This document shows positions 1 to 8,942 of a stretch of DNA of 17,452 nt, in pieces. The DNA lies in contig JBHLKM010000033.1 in assembly GCA_048886685.1 (NCBI GenBank), positions 1 through 17,452 on the forward strand, written 5' to 3'. The translations under genes were made by a program, and so were the position numbers. This DNA comes from Candidatus Hodarchaeota archaeon. GTDB taxonomy: Archaea; Asgardarchaeota; Lokiarchaeia; Sigyniarchaeales; SOKP01. Within the stretch, counting starts at the first letter, position 1, and the number at the start of each line of letters is the position of its first letter. The notes beneath the pieces were generated by a model. It made no database searches. It had not been told where the DNA came from and worked only from the letters and a program-made list of their open reading frames with translations.

Positions 1-225
1 AGGTAGTAAGAACATTAATAGCATCATTGAAACCAGCATTACAATCAAGAACACACACTGAAACCTTCCCTTTTTCTTTTGTTTCCTCTCATGTTCTATC
101 ATATTATCCATGCAATTCTGACTGCAAAATTTTTTATCTGTTGGCATAGCCTTACCACAAACAGGGCAATGGCTATGAGGTCCCCATTTCTTTTTTATTT
201 GATCTTTCCATGAAGATTGAGACAT
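1..225 (-). CDS. DUF2116-type Zn-ribbon small membrane protein (3' end truncated by window edge)
   Basis: Not in the ORF track. Manual translation from ATG at 225: MSQSSWKDQIKKKWGPHSHCPVCGKAMPTDKKFCSQNCMDNMIEHERKQKKKGRFQCVFLIVMLVSMMLLMFLLP... It has an HxHCPVCG..FCSxxC motif, a basic linker and a C-terminal hydrophobic helix, and lies downstream of pyrH. Confidence 0.8.
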   Translation of the reverse strand, partial: MSQSSWKDQIKKKWGPHSHCPVCGKAMPTDKKFCSQNCMDNMIEHERKQKKKGRFQCVFLIVMLVSMMLLMFLLP

Positions 226-302
226 TTTATTTTCCTATCATTGATCCTATTCTGTAATTAATTTTTATAATAACGTATTAGTTAAAATAATTTATGATTT
301 CT

Positions 303-1028
303 TTATTTCTTTGAGATTTCTGTTCCAATTATGTCTTTCTCTCCATTCCAAAACTTACTAAAGTTATTTAAATCGTTCCCAGACATAATATTAACTCTAA
401 TGTCGCTGCGTTTTAAAATTTGTAGAGAAACGGTATCAAAAATTCGATATTCTCCCGCAGCAGCTTGTTTATCATTAGTCATATTTAATATTATTTCTTG
501 TAGTTGATCATAGTTCAGATGCTTTAGTAATTTTGCATCGCTGAACTCCTTAGGATCTTTATCATAGATACCTTCTACATCAGTGAGTATTATTAAATTC
601 TCTGCTCCAATAAATTCTGCTACTTCTAATGCAACGGAAGTTGTTGATTGACCCGGTTGTAATCCTCCCATTACAATAATTTTCTTAAAAAGTAAAGCTG
701 TAGAAAGTTCTTCGAAGGATTTTGGGACTAGAGGATATGCTTGATCTTGAAAAGTAACGATTATTAATCTAGAATTAATCCGGGAAATTTCTATTCCAAA
801 AGTATCACATAACGCTTCTGATCCCTTGAGTGATCTGATAGCATCTATATATTTTCTTGCAAGTAATCCCCCTCCACAAATAATAACAAGTGTTCCAGTA
901 AACTTTGTATTTTTAATAATTTCGCAAAATTCAGCAATTTTACTAGAATTAATATCATTATTCTTAGTAAATAGTAAAGATCCACCAATTTTTATAACAG
1001 TATTTCCTTTCATAACATTTTCATTCAA
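303..1028 (-). CDS. pyrH: Uridylate (UMP) kinase, archaeal type
   Basis: Amino-acid-kinase family motifs VIKIGGS, CGGGxLARKYI, MGGLQPGQSTT, TDVEGIYDKDPK. The start could be the second ATG at 1013. Confidence 0.93.
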   Translation of the reverse strand: MNENVMKGNTVIKIGGSLLFTKNNDINSSKIAEFCEIIKNTKFTGTLVIICGGGLLARKYIDAIRSLKGSEALCDTFGIEISRINSRLIIVTFQDQAYPLVPKSFEELSTALLFKKIIVMGGLQPGQSTTSVALEVAEFIGAENLIILTDVEGIYDKDPKEFSDAKLLKHLNYDQLQEIILNMTNDKQAAAGEYRIFDTVSLQILKRSDIRVNIMSGNDLNNFSKFWNGEKDIIGTEISKK

Positions 1029-1082
1029 TATTTCTATTTAATAATATATAGATGATTTAATAAATTAAGTTATTTACGCGAT

Positions 1083-2066
1083 ATGGAACCAAATAGAAGA
1101 GAAGTTATTGTTGAAGTACCTCATAGAATTTCTGGCTTTTTTGAAATTGTAGATGAAATTGATGGAACAAACATAAACAATCCTGAAAAAATTGGTTCAA
1201 GAGGTGCTGGTTTTAATTTAAGTGCTGTGGGAAGAACCACAATTCAAGTTGAAAATTTAGTAAAAACAGAAGACCAAGAAATAAAGATATTTATTAACAA
1301 AGAAAGAGTTGATGAAAAAGCCGAAACAACTTATTATATTTATGAATTTATTAAAAAATTTTTAAAAAATCCAGCAAAAATCACGATTATTCATAATTTT
1401 GATTTACCTGTCGGATGTGGATATGGAGCAAGTGGTTCTGGAGCATTGGGTACAGTATATGGTTTAAATAATGCATTAAATTTAAATTTATCAGATATTG
1501 AAAAAGGGAGAATAGCTCATATCGCAGAAGTTGTGAATCGTACCGGATTAGGTACTGTTTGTGGGCAATTACGTGGCGGATTATGTATACTTAAAGAACC
1601 AGGTTATCCATGTGTTTCTGAAAGTATTAAGTTTTCAAGAAATTTAAAAATAATCGGTGGCTCCTTTGGAATGATACATACTAAATCCATTTTGACAGAT
1701 CCAATATTAAATTTAAAAATAAAGAAAGCAGGTCGAAGAGCCCAAGCCAAATTGTTACAAGAACGTAACATAAAATCATTTATAAGAGCTTCAATTGAAT
1801 TCGTAAGGGAAACTGAAATGCTAAAAATCCTAGATTTGAATGAAATCGAAGATTTAATAAAAGAGTTAAATAAATTGAAGATTTTGGGGGCAAGTATGAA
1901 TCAATTAGGGAGATCTGTTTATGCAATTTGTAAAAAAGAGAATGAGAGAAACGTTTTGGAAATCTTTAATACTTATAAACCAGATATTTGTGTTTTTAGT
2001 TCATCAATTAATAATAAGGGACCTTATATTATAAGTGATAAAAACATTAACCATTTTGATTCATAG
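1083..2066 (+). CDS. Pantoate kinase (GHMP kinase family, archaeal CoA biosynthesis)
   Basis: PHRISGFF, GSRGAG, GHMP ATP loop LPVGCGYGASGSGALG, AHIAEVxxxTGLGTV, ASMNQLG. Confidence 0.85.
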   Translation: MEPNRREVIVEVPHRISGFFEIVDEIDGTNINNPEKIGSRGAGFNLSAVGRTTIQVENLVKTEDQEIKIFINKERVDEKAETTYYIYEFIKKFLKNPAKITIIHNFDLPVGCGYGASGSGALGTVYGLNNALNLNLSDIEKGRIAHIAEVVNRTGLGTVCGQLRGGLCILKEPGYPCVSESIKFSRNLKIIGGSFGMIHTKSILTDPILNLKIKKAGRRAQAKLLQERNIKSFIRASIEFVRETEMLKILDLNEIEDLIKELNKLKILGASMNQLGRSVYAICKKENERNVLEIFNTYKPDICVFSSSINNKGPYIISDKNINHFDS

Positions 2067-2862
2067 ATTTTGATTTTAACGTTGCTGCTTCTACTGCTCT
2101 TATAAGAGTTGCTCTCAACTTTGCTGATTCAATTTCATGGATGGCTGTAATTGTTGTACCTCCAGGTGTAGCTACCATATCTTTCAATTCTCCGGGATGT
2201 TTATTAGTTTCTAACACTAATTTTGCGGAACCATAGACCATTTGAGCTGCCAATTTTAAAGCTATTTCTCTCGAGAGTCCCATCTTTACACCCCCATCCG
2301 CTAGGGCTTCTATAATAATAAAAAGATAAGCAGGACCACTTCCTGATAACCCAGTAACTGCATCTAGGTGCTTCTCTTCTAATTCTACGACAATACCAAG
2401 TTCTTTAAATAACCTCTTTACAAAATCTAACTCAGTTTTTTTTATATGTTCATTAGATGAAATTGCCGAGGCAGCAGCTTTTACTAACGCGGGAGTATTT
2501 GTCATGATTCTTACTATTCCGACTTTCTTATCAATATATTTGCCAATATGATTGATTGAAATTCCCGCTGCGATTGTAATAATTACATGATCCTCGGTTA
2601 TTAATGAGCTAATTTCTTCTAAAACTTCATCTATTACCTGGGGTAATACAGCAATTAGAATATATTTGGCCTCTTTCACTAATAATTTATTACTTTCAGC
2701 AAAATCTACTTTAAATTCTTCAGATCTCTTTAGAAGGATTTCCTGATCAATATCGTAAATAATCATTTTTTCTCTCCCTATTACTTTGGAATTAGTTAAT
2801 ACTCTCAAAAGAGTAGAACCTATTTTACCGATACCAATTATTCCCAATTCTTTATGAAACAT
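2047..2862 (-). CDS. proC: Pyrroline-5-carboxylate reductase
   Basis: Rossmann GIIGIGKIG, RIMTNTP, TGLSGSGPAY, LKDMVATPGGTT. Its 3' end overlaps the pantoate kinase 3' end by 20 bp. Confidence 0.95.
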   Translation of the reverse strand: MFHKELGIIGIGKIGSTLLRVLTNSKVIGREKMIIYDIDQEILLKRSEEFKVDFAESNKLLVKEAKYILIAVLPQVIDEVLEEISSLITEDHVIITIAAGISINHIGKYIDKKVGIVRIMTNTPALVKAAASAISSNEHIKKTELDFVKRLFKELGIVVELEEKHLDAVTGLSGSGPAYLFIIIEALADGGVKMGLSREIALKLAAQMVYGSAKLVLETNKHPGELKDMVATPGGTTITAIHEIESAKLRATLIRAVEAATLKSKSMNQNG

Positions 2863-2983
2863 GTATATTCATCTTTTTAAAATCATAATGAAAAATTGAT
2901 TTAAAGAGCTTGAGTGTAATGTGTCAAAGTATCATTATAAAATTTACTAAAAACAGAAAAAGTTAACATGATCAAGGATAACA

Positions 2984-3715
2984 TTATTTATATAAATGAG
3001 ATTTTAAGGATTCGATAAGATCTAATCTTATACTACCGCGATCTCTGTCATATCCTTCACATACCATGCTCCGCACACCAATTATATCCGGATTAACTTT
3101 TTTAATTTTAGGTAAAACACTTTCTTTTAAATTACCTGCTAAAGCAACTTTAAGATTTAATTGAGTAGCCTTATCCTTAAATTTAATCAGCTGCCTAACA
3201 TTCAAAAAATCTAATAATCCTTTTTTATCTTTAACAAATGTATCAAGCATAGCAACATCAGCACCAGATTTGGCTGCAATTGTGGGAATTGATAGGAAAT
3301 CCAGGTCTGTATCTAGCCGTGAATAATCTGCATATCCTGCAGTTACAACCTTTATATCTTTATTATAGTTTTTTACTGCCTTAACAACAGACTTCATTAA
3401 TTTAATTCCTTCTTCAATGTTTTTTGGACCTTTTAATCCTACTTTGATTATATCAGCACCAGAAACAGCAGCACCCAATGCTGCTAAAGAAGCGGATCCT
3501 GGTAAATTTGGAAAGTCCCCAATAGTTGCACTTAAGAGTTGAGTACTATTGACAGGTATTATTTTTTTCATTTCTGTGATAATCCAAGGAAAATTTGCTC
3601 CGAGAGAACCCTCTTCAGGATTTTTACAATCAATGTAGTCTACATTTGCTAAAACGACAATCTTGGCCTCTTCAATTGTTTTAGGGCTTATTAAAAGCTT
3701 AATTTTGTTGCTCAT
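2984..3715 (-). CDS. mfnB: (5-formylfuran-3-yl)methyl phosphate synthase (MfnB, DUF556), methanofuran biosynthesis
   Basis: LLISP, IDCKNPEEGSLGA, SATIGD, GADIIKVGL, AMLDT, ALAG, PDIIGVRSMVC match MfnB family motifs. Confidence 0.9.
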   Translation of the reverse strand: MSNKIKLLISPKTIEEAKIVVLANVDYIDCKNPEEGSLGANFPWIITEMKKIIPVNSTQLLSATIGDFPNLPGSASLAALGAAVSGADIIKVGLKGPKNIEEGIKLMKSVVKAVKNYNKDIKVVTAGYADYSRLDTDLDFLSIPTIAAKSGADVAMLDTFVKDKKGLLDFLNVRQLIKFKDKATQLNLKVALAGNLKESVLPKIKKVNPDIIGVRSMVCEGYDRDRGSIRLDLIESLKSHLYK

Positions 3716-3833
3716 TACTTGTAATATATAATTTTAAAAAATTAAAAAATTTATTTTAGAATTGAATAGATACATATAAAAATTTAAATTAAATCATTTT
3801 TATTAAATATAAAAAAAGGAATATTAGGTAATT

Positions 3834-4361
3834 ATGTCTCCTAAAGAAATTACAAAAGTAGAAATTACGAGCGAAGTTTTCAAAGAACCAAAAGAAGTAA
3901 TTAACCAATTATCTTCTAATATGGATATAAAGTATACAAAAGTGATACAAACATACGTTATGGAAGATCGAAGGTTAAATCTAGTTCTAGAACACGAAGG
4001 ATCAAGCTATTTTAAAGGAAAGGTTGTTTGGATCGGCAATAAAAAAGACGACACAGAGGGCTCAATATTTTGTGTAGATACTAAAGATGAATTAAAACAA
4101 ATTAACCCAACTGCTGAAAATACAGAAAAGGTAATATTAGATGTAAAGAAGGATTTAATAAAAGTAACAACTGCTTCCAAAACTAAATGTTCTGTATGTG
4201 GTAAAAATATTGAAATTTTTGATGAAGTGACCGGATGCCCAATATGTGAAGCAAAAGCACATAAAGACCATTTAACAGACTGGGTAAGGATGAAACATAC
4301 ATGCCCAGTTTGTAAGAAAACTTTAAATGTTTCTAGTACAGGGGTAATTTTTATAGAATAA
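3834..4361 (+). CDS. Hypothetical protein with C-terminal RING-like zinc finger
   Basis: C-x2-C-x12-C-x2-C-x4-H-x2-H-x3-W-x6-C-P-x-C at 4188-4313. The N-terminal ~115 aa are unrecognised. Confidence 0.75.
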   Translation: MSPKEITKVEITSEVFKEPKEVINQLSSNMDIKYTKVIQTYVMEDRRLNLVLEHEGSSYFKGKVVWIGNKKDDTEGSIFCVDTKDELKQINPTAENTEKVILDVKKDLIKVTTASKTKCSVCGKNIEIFDEVTGCPICEAKAHKDHLTDWVRMKHTCPVCKKTLNVSSTGVIFIE

Positions 4362-4367
4362 AACTAC

Positions 4368-5108
4368 TTAAACATATCTTTTTCTTAATTTTTCAATATC
4401 TATTGTTCCATCATATAGCGCGGTTGCAATTAGTATCCCTGCAAAGTTTTGTTGTTTATAGGTTAAAATGTCTTTATAATCTTTAATTCCACCACCCACA
4501 TAAACATCCCCATTGAAAGAATCTTGAATATCTAAATATTGTTGAGGTATACCGCCAATTTTTTGACCTACTCTGAATAGATCTAATAAAATTACTTCTT
4601 TAACGCCTATCAATTCGATTCTTTTAATAATTTCTAAAGAAGATTTATTGTATAATTCTCTAGCCTTTGTTAATATTTTTTCTTTATACATATCTATACT
4701 AATTATCACGTTTTTATTACTCATTAAATCCAAAGCTTTCTTCACAACTCTTAAACTTTGTACTGTTTCTAAACCAATTATTAGTTTTTTTATTTTGTAT
4801 TTAAAAAATTGATGGATGTCTTTTGAATTAGCTATTCCCGGATCAATAAGGATATTGATCTCTGAGATCTTTAAGATTTCCCTTAATAATTCAAAATTTG
4901 GTTTTTTTTTAGTTATAGCATCAAGATCTGCTATATAAAATTCATCAAATTGATATTTATACCTAAGAACTTTCAATATTTCTAACGGGTTAGATGATTG
5001 AAATAATTTTGATTTAAGAGGTTCATAACTAGCTCTTTCTCCTTTAACGGCATGTACTGCCTCTGAATTCAAGATATCTATTACAGGGATAATTTTAAAT
5101 TTTCTCAT
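4368..5108 (-). CDS. HisA/HisF-related TIM-barrel protein (family associated with C1-carrier cofactor gene clusters)
   Basis: IIPVIDI..AVHAVKGERASY, YIADLDAI, LLDLFRVG, VYVGGGI, ATALYDG. The AVHA..G.R..Y and YIADLDAI motifs resemble the HisA-like subfamily rather than canonical HisA. Confidence 0.8.
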   Translation of the reverse strand: MRKFKIIPVIDILNSEAVHAVKGERASYEPLKSKLFQSSNPLEILKVLRYKYQFDEFYIADLDAITKKKPNFELLREILKISEINILIDPGIANSKDIHQFFKYKIKKLIIGLETVQSLRVVKKALDLMSNKNVIISIDMYKEKILTKARELYNKSSLEIIKRIELIGVKEVILLDLFRVGQKIGGIPQQYLDIQDSFNGDVYVGGGIKDYKDILTYKQQNFAGILIATALYDGTIDIEKLRKRYV

Positions 5109-5328
5109 ACATACCTAAGGGAAATTATCTGGATATGGGGATGAGTTTCGATAAAAACCCAAATTATTTTTTTTTATTCAATATTTCATACTTGAAAAAT
5201 TACCTTTATTTAATACTCTCTAATTTTAAAAGAATTATATTTTAATTAACAAATAAATAATTTTTTTTTTAAATAATAATTGATAAATTATTTTTAAAAA
5301 TTAAGTAAATTTTTGAATTATTAGCAAA

Positions 5329-7041
5329 ATGAAAGCTGAGGCATATATTAGTAAAATAATCGAAAGTACAGGCCTAACAAGAAAAGAAATTCAAGATATG
5401 GTTGAAGATAAGAAGAAAGAATTAAAAGGTTTAATTTCCGAAGAAGGAGCGCTATTTGTTATCGCTAGAGAGTTAGGCGTAGACGTGAAAGAGGAAAATA
5501 AAGATTTAATACAGTCGATTGATATCTTCATATCAGATATTACAATCAATATGAAAAATATAAATATTACTGGTAGAATAAAAGAAATTTATAATGTAAA
5601 CAAGTTTAATAAATCTGATGGAGGAATTGGTTATGTAGGGTCTTTCTTATTACATGATAAAACAGGAGATATTAGAATTGTTTTATGGGATGACCAAGTT
5701 ACAGTTTTTAATGAAGATAATTTTCAATATAATGAAATAGTAAAAATTGTCAATGGAATAGCAAGAAAAGGAAAATTTGAAGATAGAGAAATTCATGTGG
5801 GGAGATTTGGGAAAATTATATTGTCTCCCGATGATATAGATTATAAAAAATATCCTAAGATTAAATTTGAATTAATAAATATCAATGATATTAATTTAAA
5901 TCTTAAAGCAATATCATTAGAAGGAAGAATAATCCAAATATCACCCATAAGAGAATTTATGAGAAAAAATGGAGAAACAGGAAAAGTTGGCTCCCTTACT
6001 CTTTTAGATTCAACAGGTTCCATCCGAATAACATTTTGGAATAATGATACAGAAAAATTAGAGCATTTAAAGGTGAATGATGTCATAACAATTTCAAATT
6101 TAAATCCAAGATTAAATTCTTTAGATTCTAAAACCATAGATCTGTATATATCAAAATATTCAATTATAAAAAAAATCCAAAAGAAAATTCAAATAGAAGT
6201 AGATCTAGTAAAAAATATTAAAAAACTTCAAGAAAAAAATGGAATTGTCTCATTTAAAGGGAAAATTACTTCACTTGATGATTTAAAAGAGATTATTTCA
6301 AAATCAGGTGAAGAACTATCTTTATTGGGCTTTAATGTTAGTGATAATACTGATTGGATTAGGGTTACATTATGGAGGGAAATGGCAGAAGATTTTTCTA
6401 ATAAATTATCAGTTGGTCAAGGTTTATTGCTAAAAAATGTCTTACTAAAATATAATAATTTTTCCCAAAGAAATGAAATATCTACAATAAATGATTCAAC
6501 TTTAAAATTAATTGATTTAGAGATTATTAATCTAAAAATCATGGATTTATCCAAGCGAAGCCAAGATAATTTTTCTGGTAATTACGTAAAGATCGATTCG
6601 ATTAATAATCCAGGTGTTGTAGAAATTAAGGGTTATATTGCCAGAGATCTTACCAATATAACGATTTATGAAGCCTGTCCAAAATGCTTAAAAAAATTGG
6701 AGAATTGCGATTGTGAAATAAGAGAGAATGCAGAGTATAGGATGATTATTAATCTTATTATTGATGACGGTAATGGTTCAATTAGAACTACTTTTATGGG
6801 AGAAAAAGCTGAGAAGTTTATTGGGGTTGAAACAGATAAGCTTGTCCAAATTAAAGAAACACCAGATTTTGAAAATTTTTTGGAAAAAAAATCATCTGAA
6901 TTTTTAGGTAAGGATATAATTATAAAAGGAAAAGCTAAGTTTAGTGAGTTTTCTAGTTCATATGAGATTTTAGTTTATGATTTTAAATATCTCGATATTG
7001 ATGAAGAATTAGAAAGAGTAATGAAAACTATAGAAACTTAA
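5329..7041 (+). CDS. Replication factor A / ssDNA-binding protein, large multi-OB-fold subunit
   Basis: N-terminal LISEEGALFVIARELGV helix bundle; repeated OB motifs DKTGDIRIVLW, DSTGSIRITFW, DNTDWIRVTLW, DDGNGSIRTTF; Zn site YEACPKC..CDC. Confidence 0.88.
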   Translation: MKAEAYISKIIESTGLTRKEIQDMVEDKKKELKGLISEEGALFVIARELGVDVKEENKDLIQSIDIFISDITINMKNINITGRIKEIYNVNKFNKSDGGIGYVGSFLLHDKTGDIRIVLWDDQVTVFNEDNFQYNEIVKIVNGIARKGKFEDREIHVGRFGKIILSPDDIDYKKYPKIKFELININDINLNLKAISLEGRIIQISPIREFMRKNGETGKVGSLTLLDSTGSIRITFWNNDTEKLEHLKVNDVITISNLNPRLNSLDSKTIDLYISKYSIIKKIQKKIQIEVDLVKNIKKLQEKNGIVSFKGKITSLDDLKEIISKSGEELSLLGFNVSDNTDWIRVTLWREMAEDFSNKLSVGQGLLLKNVLLKYNNFSQRNEISTINDSTLKLIDLEIINLKIMDLSKRSQDNFSGNYVKIDSINNPGVVEIKGYIARDLTNITIYEACPKCLKKLENCDCEIRENAEYRMIINLIIDDGNGSIRTTFMGEKAEKFIGVETDKLVQIKETPDFENFLEKKSSEFLGKDIIIKGKAKFSEFSSSYEILVYDFKYLDIDEELERVMKTIET

Positions 7042-7115
7042 TCTTTTTCTAGTAATCATCATTTTAATAATATATTTTTTATAATCCTTTTTTCATACAA
7101 TATCTTGATCAAGTT

Positions 7116-8054
7116 ATGAATAAAATAGATATAATTGGATTAGGTGAAGTAGTTATTGATTGGGTTTCAAAAATTCCACATTTCCCTAAACCAGATGAAA
7201 AAGTAAATGCATTTAGTGAAAATTATTTTGCAGGAGGAGTAACGGCAAATTACCTAGTTGCAGTCTCACGTTTGGGAGTTACAAGTGGTTTTATCGGAGC
7301 TGTTGGTAGTGACTATTATGGGGATTTTTTAATTAAAGATTTTAAGAAGGAGAACGTGGATACTTCATTTACTTTAAAGAAATCAGGATTGAAGACACCT
7401 GTAAATTTTATTTTTATTTGCAATGGAGAAAAAACAATAATTCAATCACCTCATATGCAAACTACGAAGTTAACAGAATCTGATTTGCCGGAATCATATA
7501 TTGCCAAGTCAAAACTTTTACATACAACAATGATTCATCCAAAAATAACAGAAAAAGCTATTAATATTGCAAAAGAATATGATGTGAAAATTAGTATTGA
7601 TTTAGAACCCCAAATTGCCCAAAGGGGATGGGAGAATTTAAAAGAAATTTTATTGAATGCTGATGTTTTGATTCCAAACGCTGAGGGTGCTAAAAGGATA
7701 ACAAATTGTGAAACTCCAAAAGAATCTGCTAATGAGTTGGTAAATAGAGGGATTCCTATTGTAATAATAACATTAGGACATAATGGAGCATTGGTTACGA
7801 CAGAAAAATTCCAGAAAAAAATCCCCACTTTTAAAATTGAGAACGTTGTGGATACAACAGGCGCGGGTGATACGTTTAATGGAGCCTTTTCAGTGGGTTA
7901 CTGGATCCAAAAATGGAATCTAGAAAAATCAATCAAATATGCAAATGCTGCTGCCTCATTAAAAATCCAGAAATTGGGCGCTAGAACCGGAATGCCATTT
8001 AAAGCCCAATTAAGAAAGTTTTTAATAAAGAATGATACTAAATTTAGATTTTAA
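7116..8054 (+). CDS. PfkB/ribokinase-family carbohydrate kinase
   Basis: GGVTANYLVAVSRLG, GAVGSDYYG, VIITLGHNGA and the PfkB signature DTTGAGDTFNGAF. Confidence 0.92.
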   Translation: MNKIDIIGLGEVVIDWVSKIPHFPKPDEKVNAFSENYFAGGVTANYLVAVSRLGVTSGFIGAVGSDYYGDFLIKDFKKENVDTSFTLKKSGLKTPVNFIFICNGEKTIIQSPHMQTTKLTESDLPESYIAKSKLLHTTMIHPKITEKAINIAKEYDVKISIDLEPQIAQRGWENLKEILLNADVLIPNAEGAKRITNCETPKESANELVNRGIPIVIITLGHNGALVTTEKFQKKIPTFKIENVVDTTGAGDTFNGAFSVGYWIQKWNLEKSIKYANAAASLKIQKLGARTGMPFKAQLRKFLIKNDTKFRF

Positions 8055-8085
8055 ACTGATCTATATAAGAAATTTTGTTTTGTTA

Positions 8086-8523
8086 CTAAGAAATCAGACA
8101 AATTTTACTGTAATTTCCAGGATTCTTGATGATATCATGGTAATTTTCAACAATAATCTCCGGAGTTAATTCTGAAACTTGTCGATTGAATGGCCAAATT
8201 CCGATTATCATATCACCAATATCTTTTATGTTCCCAATTAAATATCCTTGTTTTTCTCCGTCTGATTTTAGTGTAAATAAGATTACCCGATAGTAATTAT
8301 AATCTATATTAGGCTTTATATTTCCTACTATTATGACTTCTTCAATATTTTGGAAAAAAATAATTTTTTCAAATTTTTCACTTAAATTTTTTAACTCAAG
8401 GATAAAGTTAGAAGGTATGGTTAGTGGCTCTTCAAAAGTTAGATTCTTGAAATTTAAGGTAAGATTTTTATATTCAAAGTGCTGAATTGCTTTAAAAATA
8501 ACTTTATAAATTATTGAATCCAT
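8086..8523 (-). CDS. Hypothetical protein (145 aa)
   Basis: Open frame with protein-like composition and a TATA-like TTTATATA about 30 nt upstream. No recognisable motif. Confidence 0.65.
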   Translation of the reverse strand: MDSIIYKVIFKAIQHFEYKNLTLNFKNLTFEEPLTIPSNFILELKNLSEKFEKIIFFQNIEEVIIVGNIKPNIDYNYYRVILFTLKSDGEKQGYLIGNIKDIGDMIIGIWPFNRQVSELTPEIIVENYHDIIKNPGNYSKICLIS

Positions 8524-8613
8524 ACAAACTATTAAAATAGAATTTTTTTAAAGATATATAAATTGTTAAGTTATAACTTTCCAAAAATATCTGCTGCTTT
8601 GGTTAGATATTAA

Positions 8614-8934
8614 TTACTGTGTCTGGATAAGAATGTTTTCTTCAGGGAAGCCTAAATCGATTAATAACTTTTTCATCTTAAAGCGATGATCTCCTTGAAG
8701 CTCAACGCCATTATCTCTAACAGTTCCCCCAGAAGCACATTTCTTTTTTGCTCTTGTTAATATATTTTTCAAATTTACATCAAAATTTCCAACAAAAGTA
8801 ATTACAGTAACAACCCTACCCCATTTCCTTGTATCATTAGATATGACTATTTGTTGTTCATCAGCACTTAAGCTATCACAAATACAAAGCTCTTTTGGAA
8901 AGCTACATAATGGACAAATGTCGTCGTCTTTAAT
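8614..8934 (-). CDS. sui1: Translation initiation factor aIF1/SUI1 (YciH family), apparent non-canonical ATT start
   Basis: Not in the ORF track. Manual translation: (ATT)KDDDICPLCSFPKELCICDSLSADEQQIVISNDTRKWGRVVTVITFVGNFDVNLKNILTRAKKKCASGGTVRDNGVELQGDHRFKMKKLLIDLGFPEENILIQTQ*. It contains the archaeal CPxCxxPKELCxC N-terminus and the SUI1 signatures RxxGxxVTVI, CAxGGTV and ELQGDHR. In-frame TAA at 8941-8943 lies just upstream. Gene identity is secure; the start codon is inferred. Confidence 0.9.
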   Translation of the reverse strand: MKDDDICPLCSFPKELCICDSLSADEQQIVISNDTRKWGRVVTVITFVGNFDVNLKNILTRAKKKCASGGTVRDNGVELQGDHRFKMKKLLIDLGFPEENILIQTQ

Positions 8935-8942
8935 ACTCTCTT

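Noticed and set aside
826-1041. 71-aa plus-strand ORF
   Set aside because: Antisense shadow of pyrH with no motifs.
2047-2066. 20-bp convergent overlap of pantoate kinase and proC
   Set aside because: Short 3' overlaps are common in compact archaeal genomes.
5841-6137. 98-aa minus-strand ORF
   Set aside because: Antisense shadow within the RPA gene.
7535-7828. 97-aa minus-strand ORF
   Set aside because: Antisense shadow within the PfkB kinase gene.
8614-8934. aIF1/SUI1 as a pseudogene that lost its start codon
   Set aside because: The frame is full length with all recognisable motifs intact and has an SD-like element at a suitable distance. Non-AUG initiation or a single-base sequence error is more plausible than decay.
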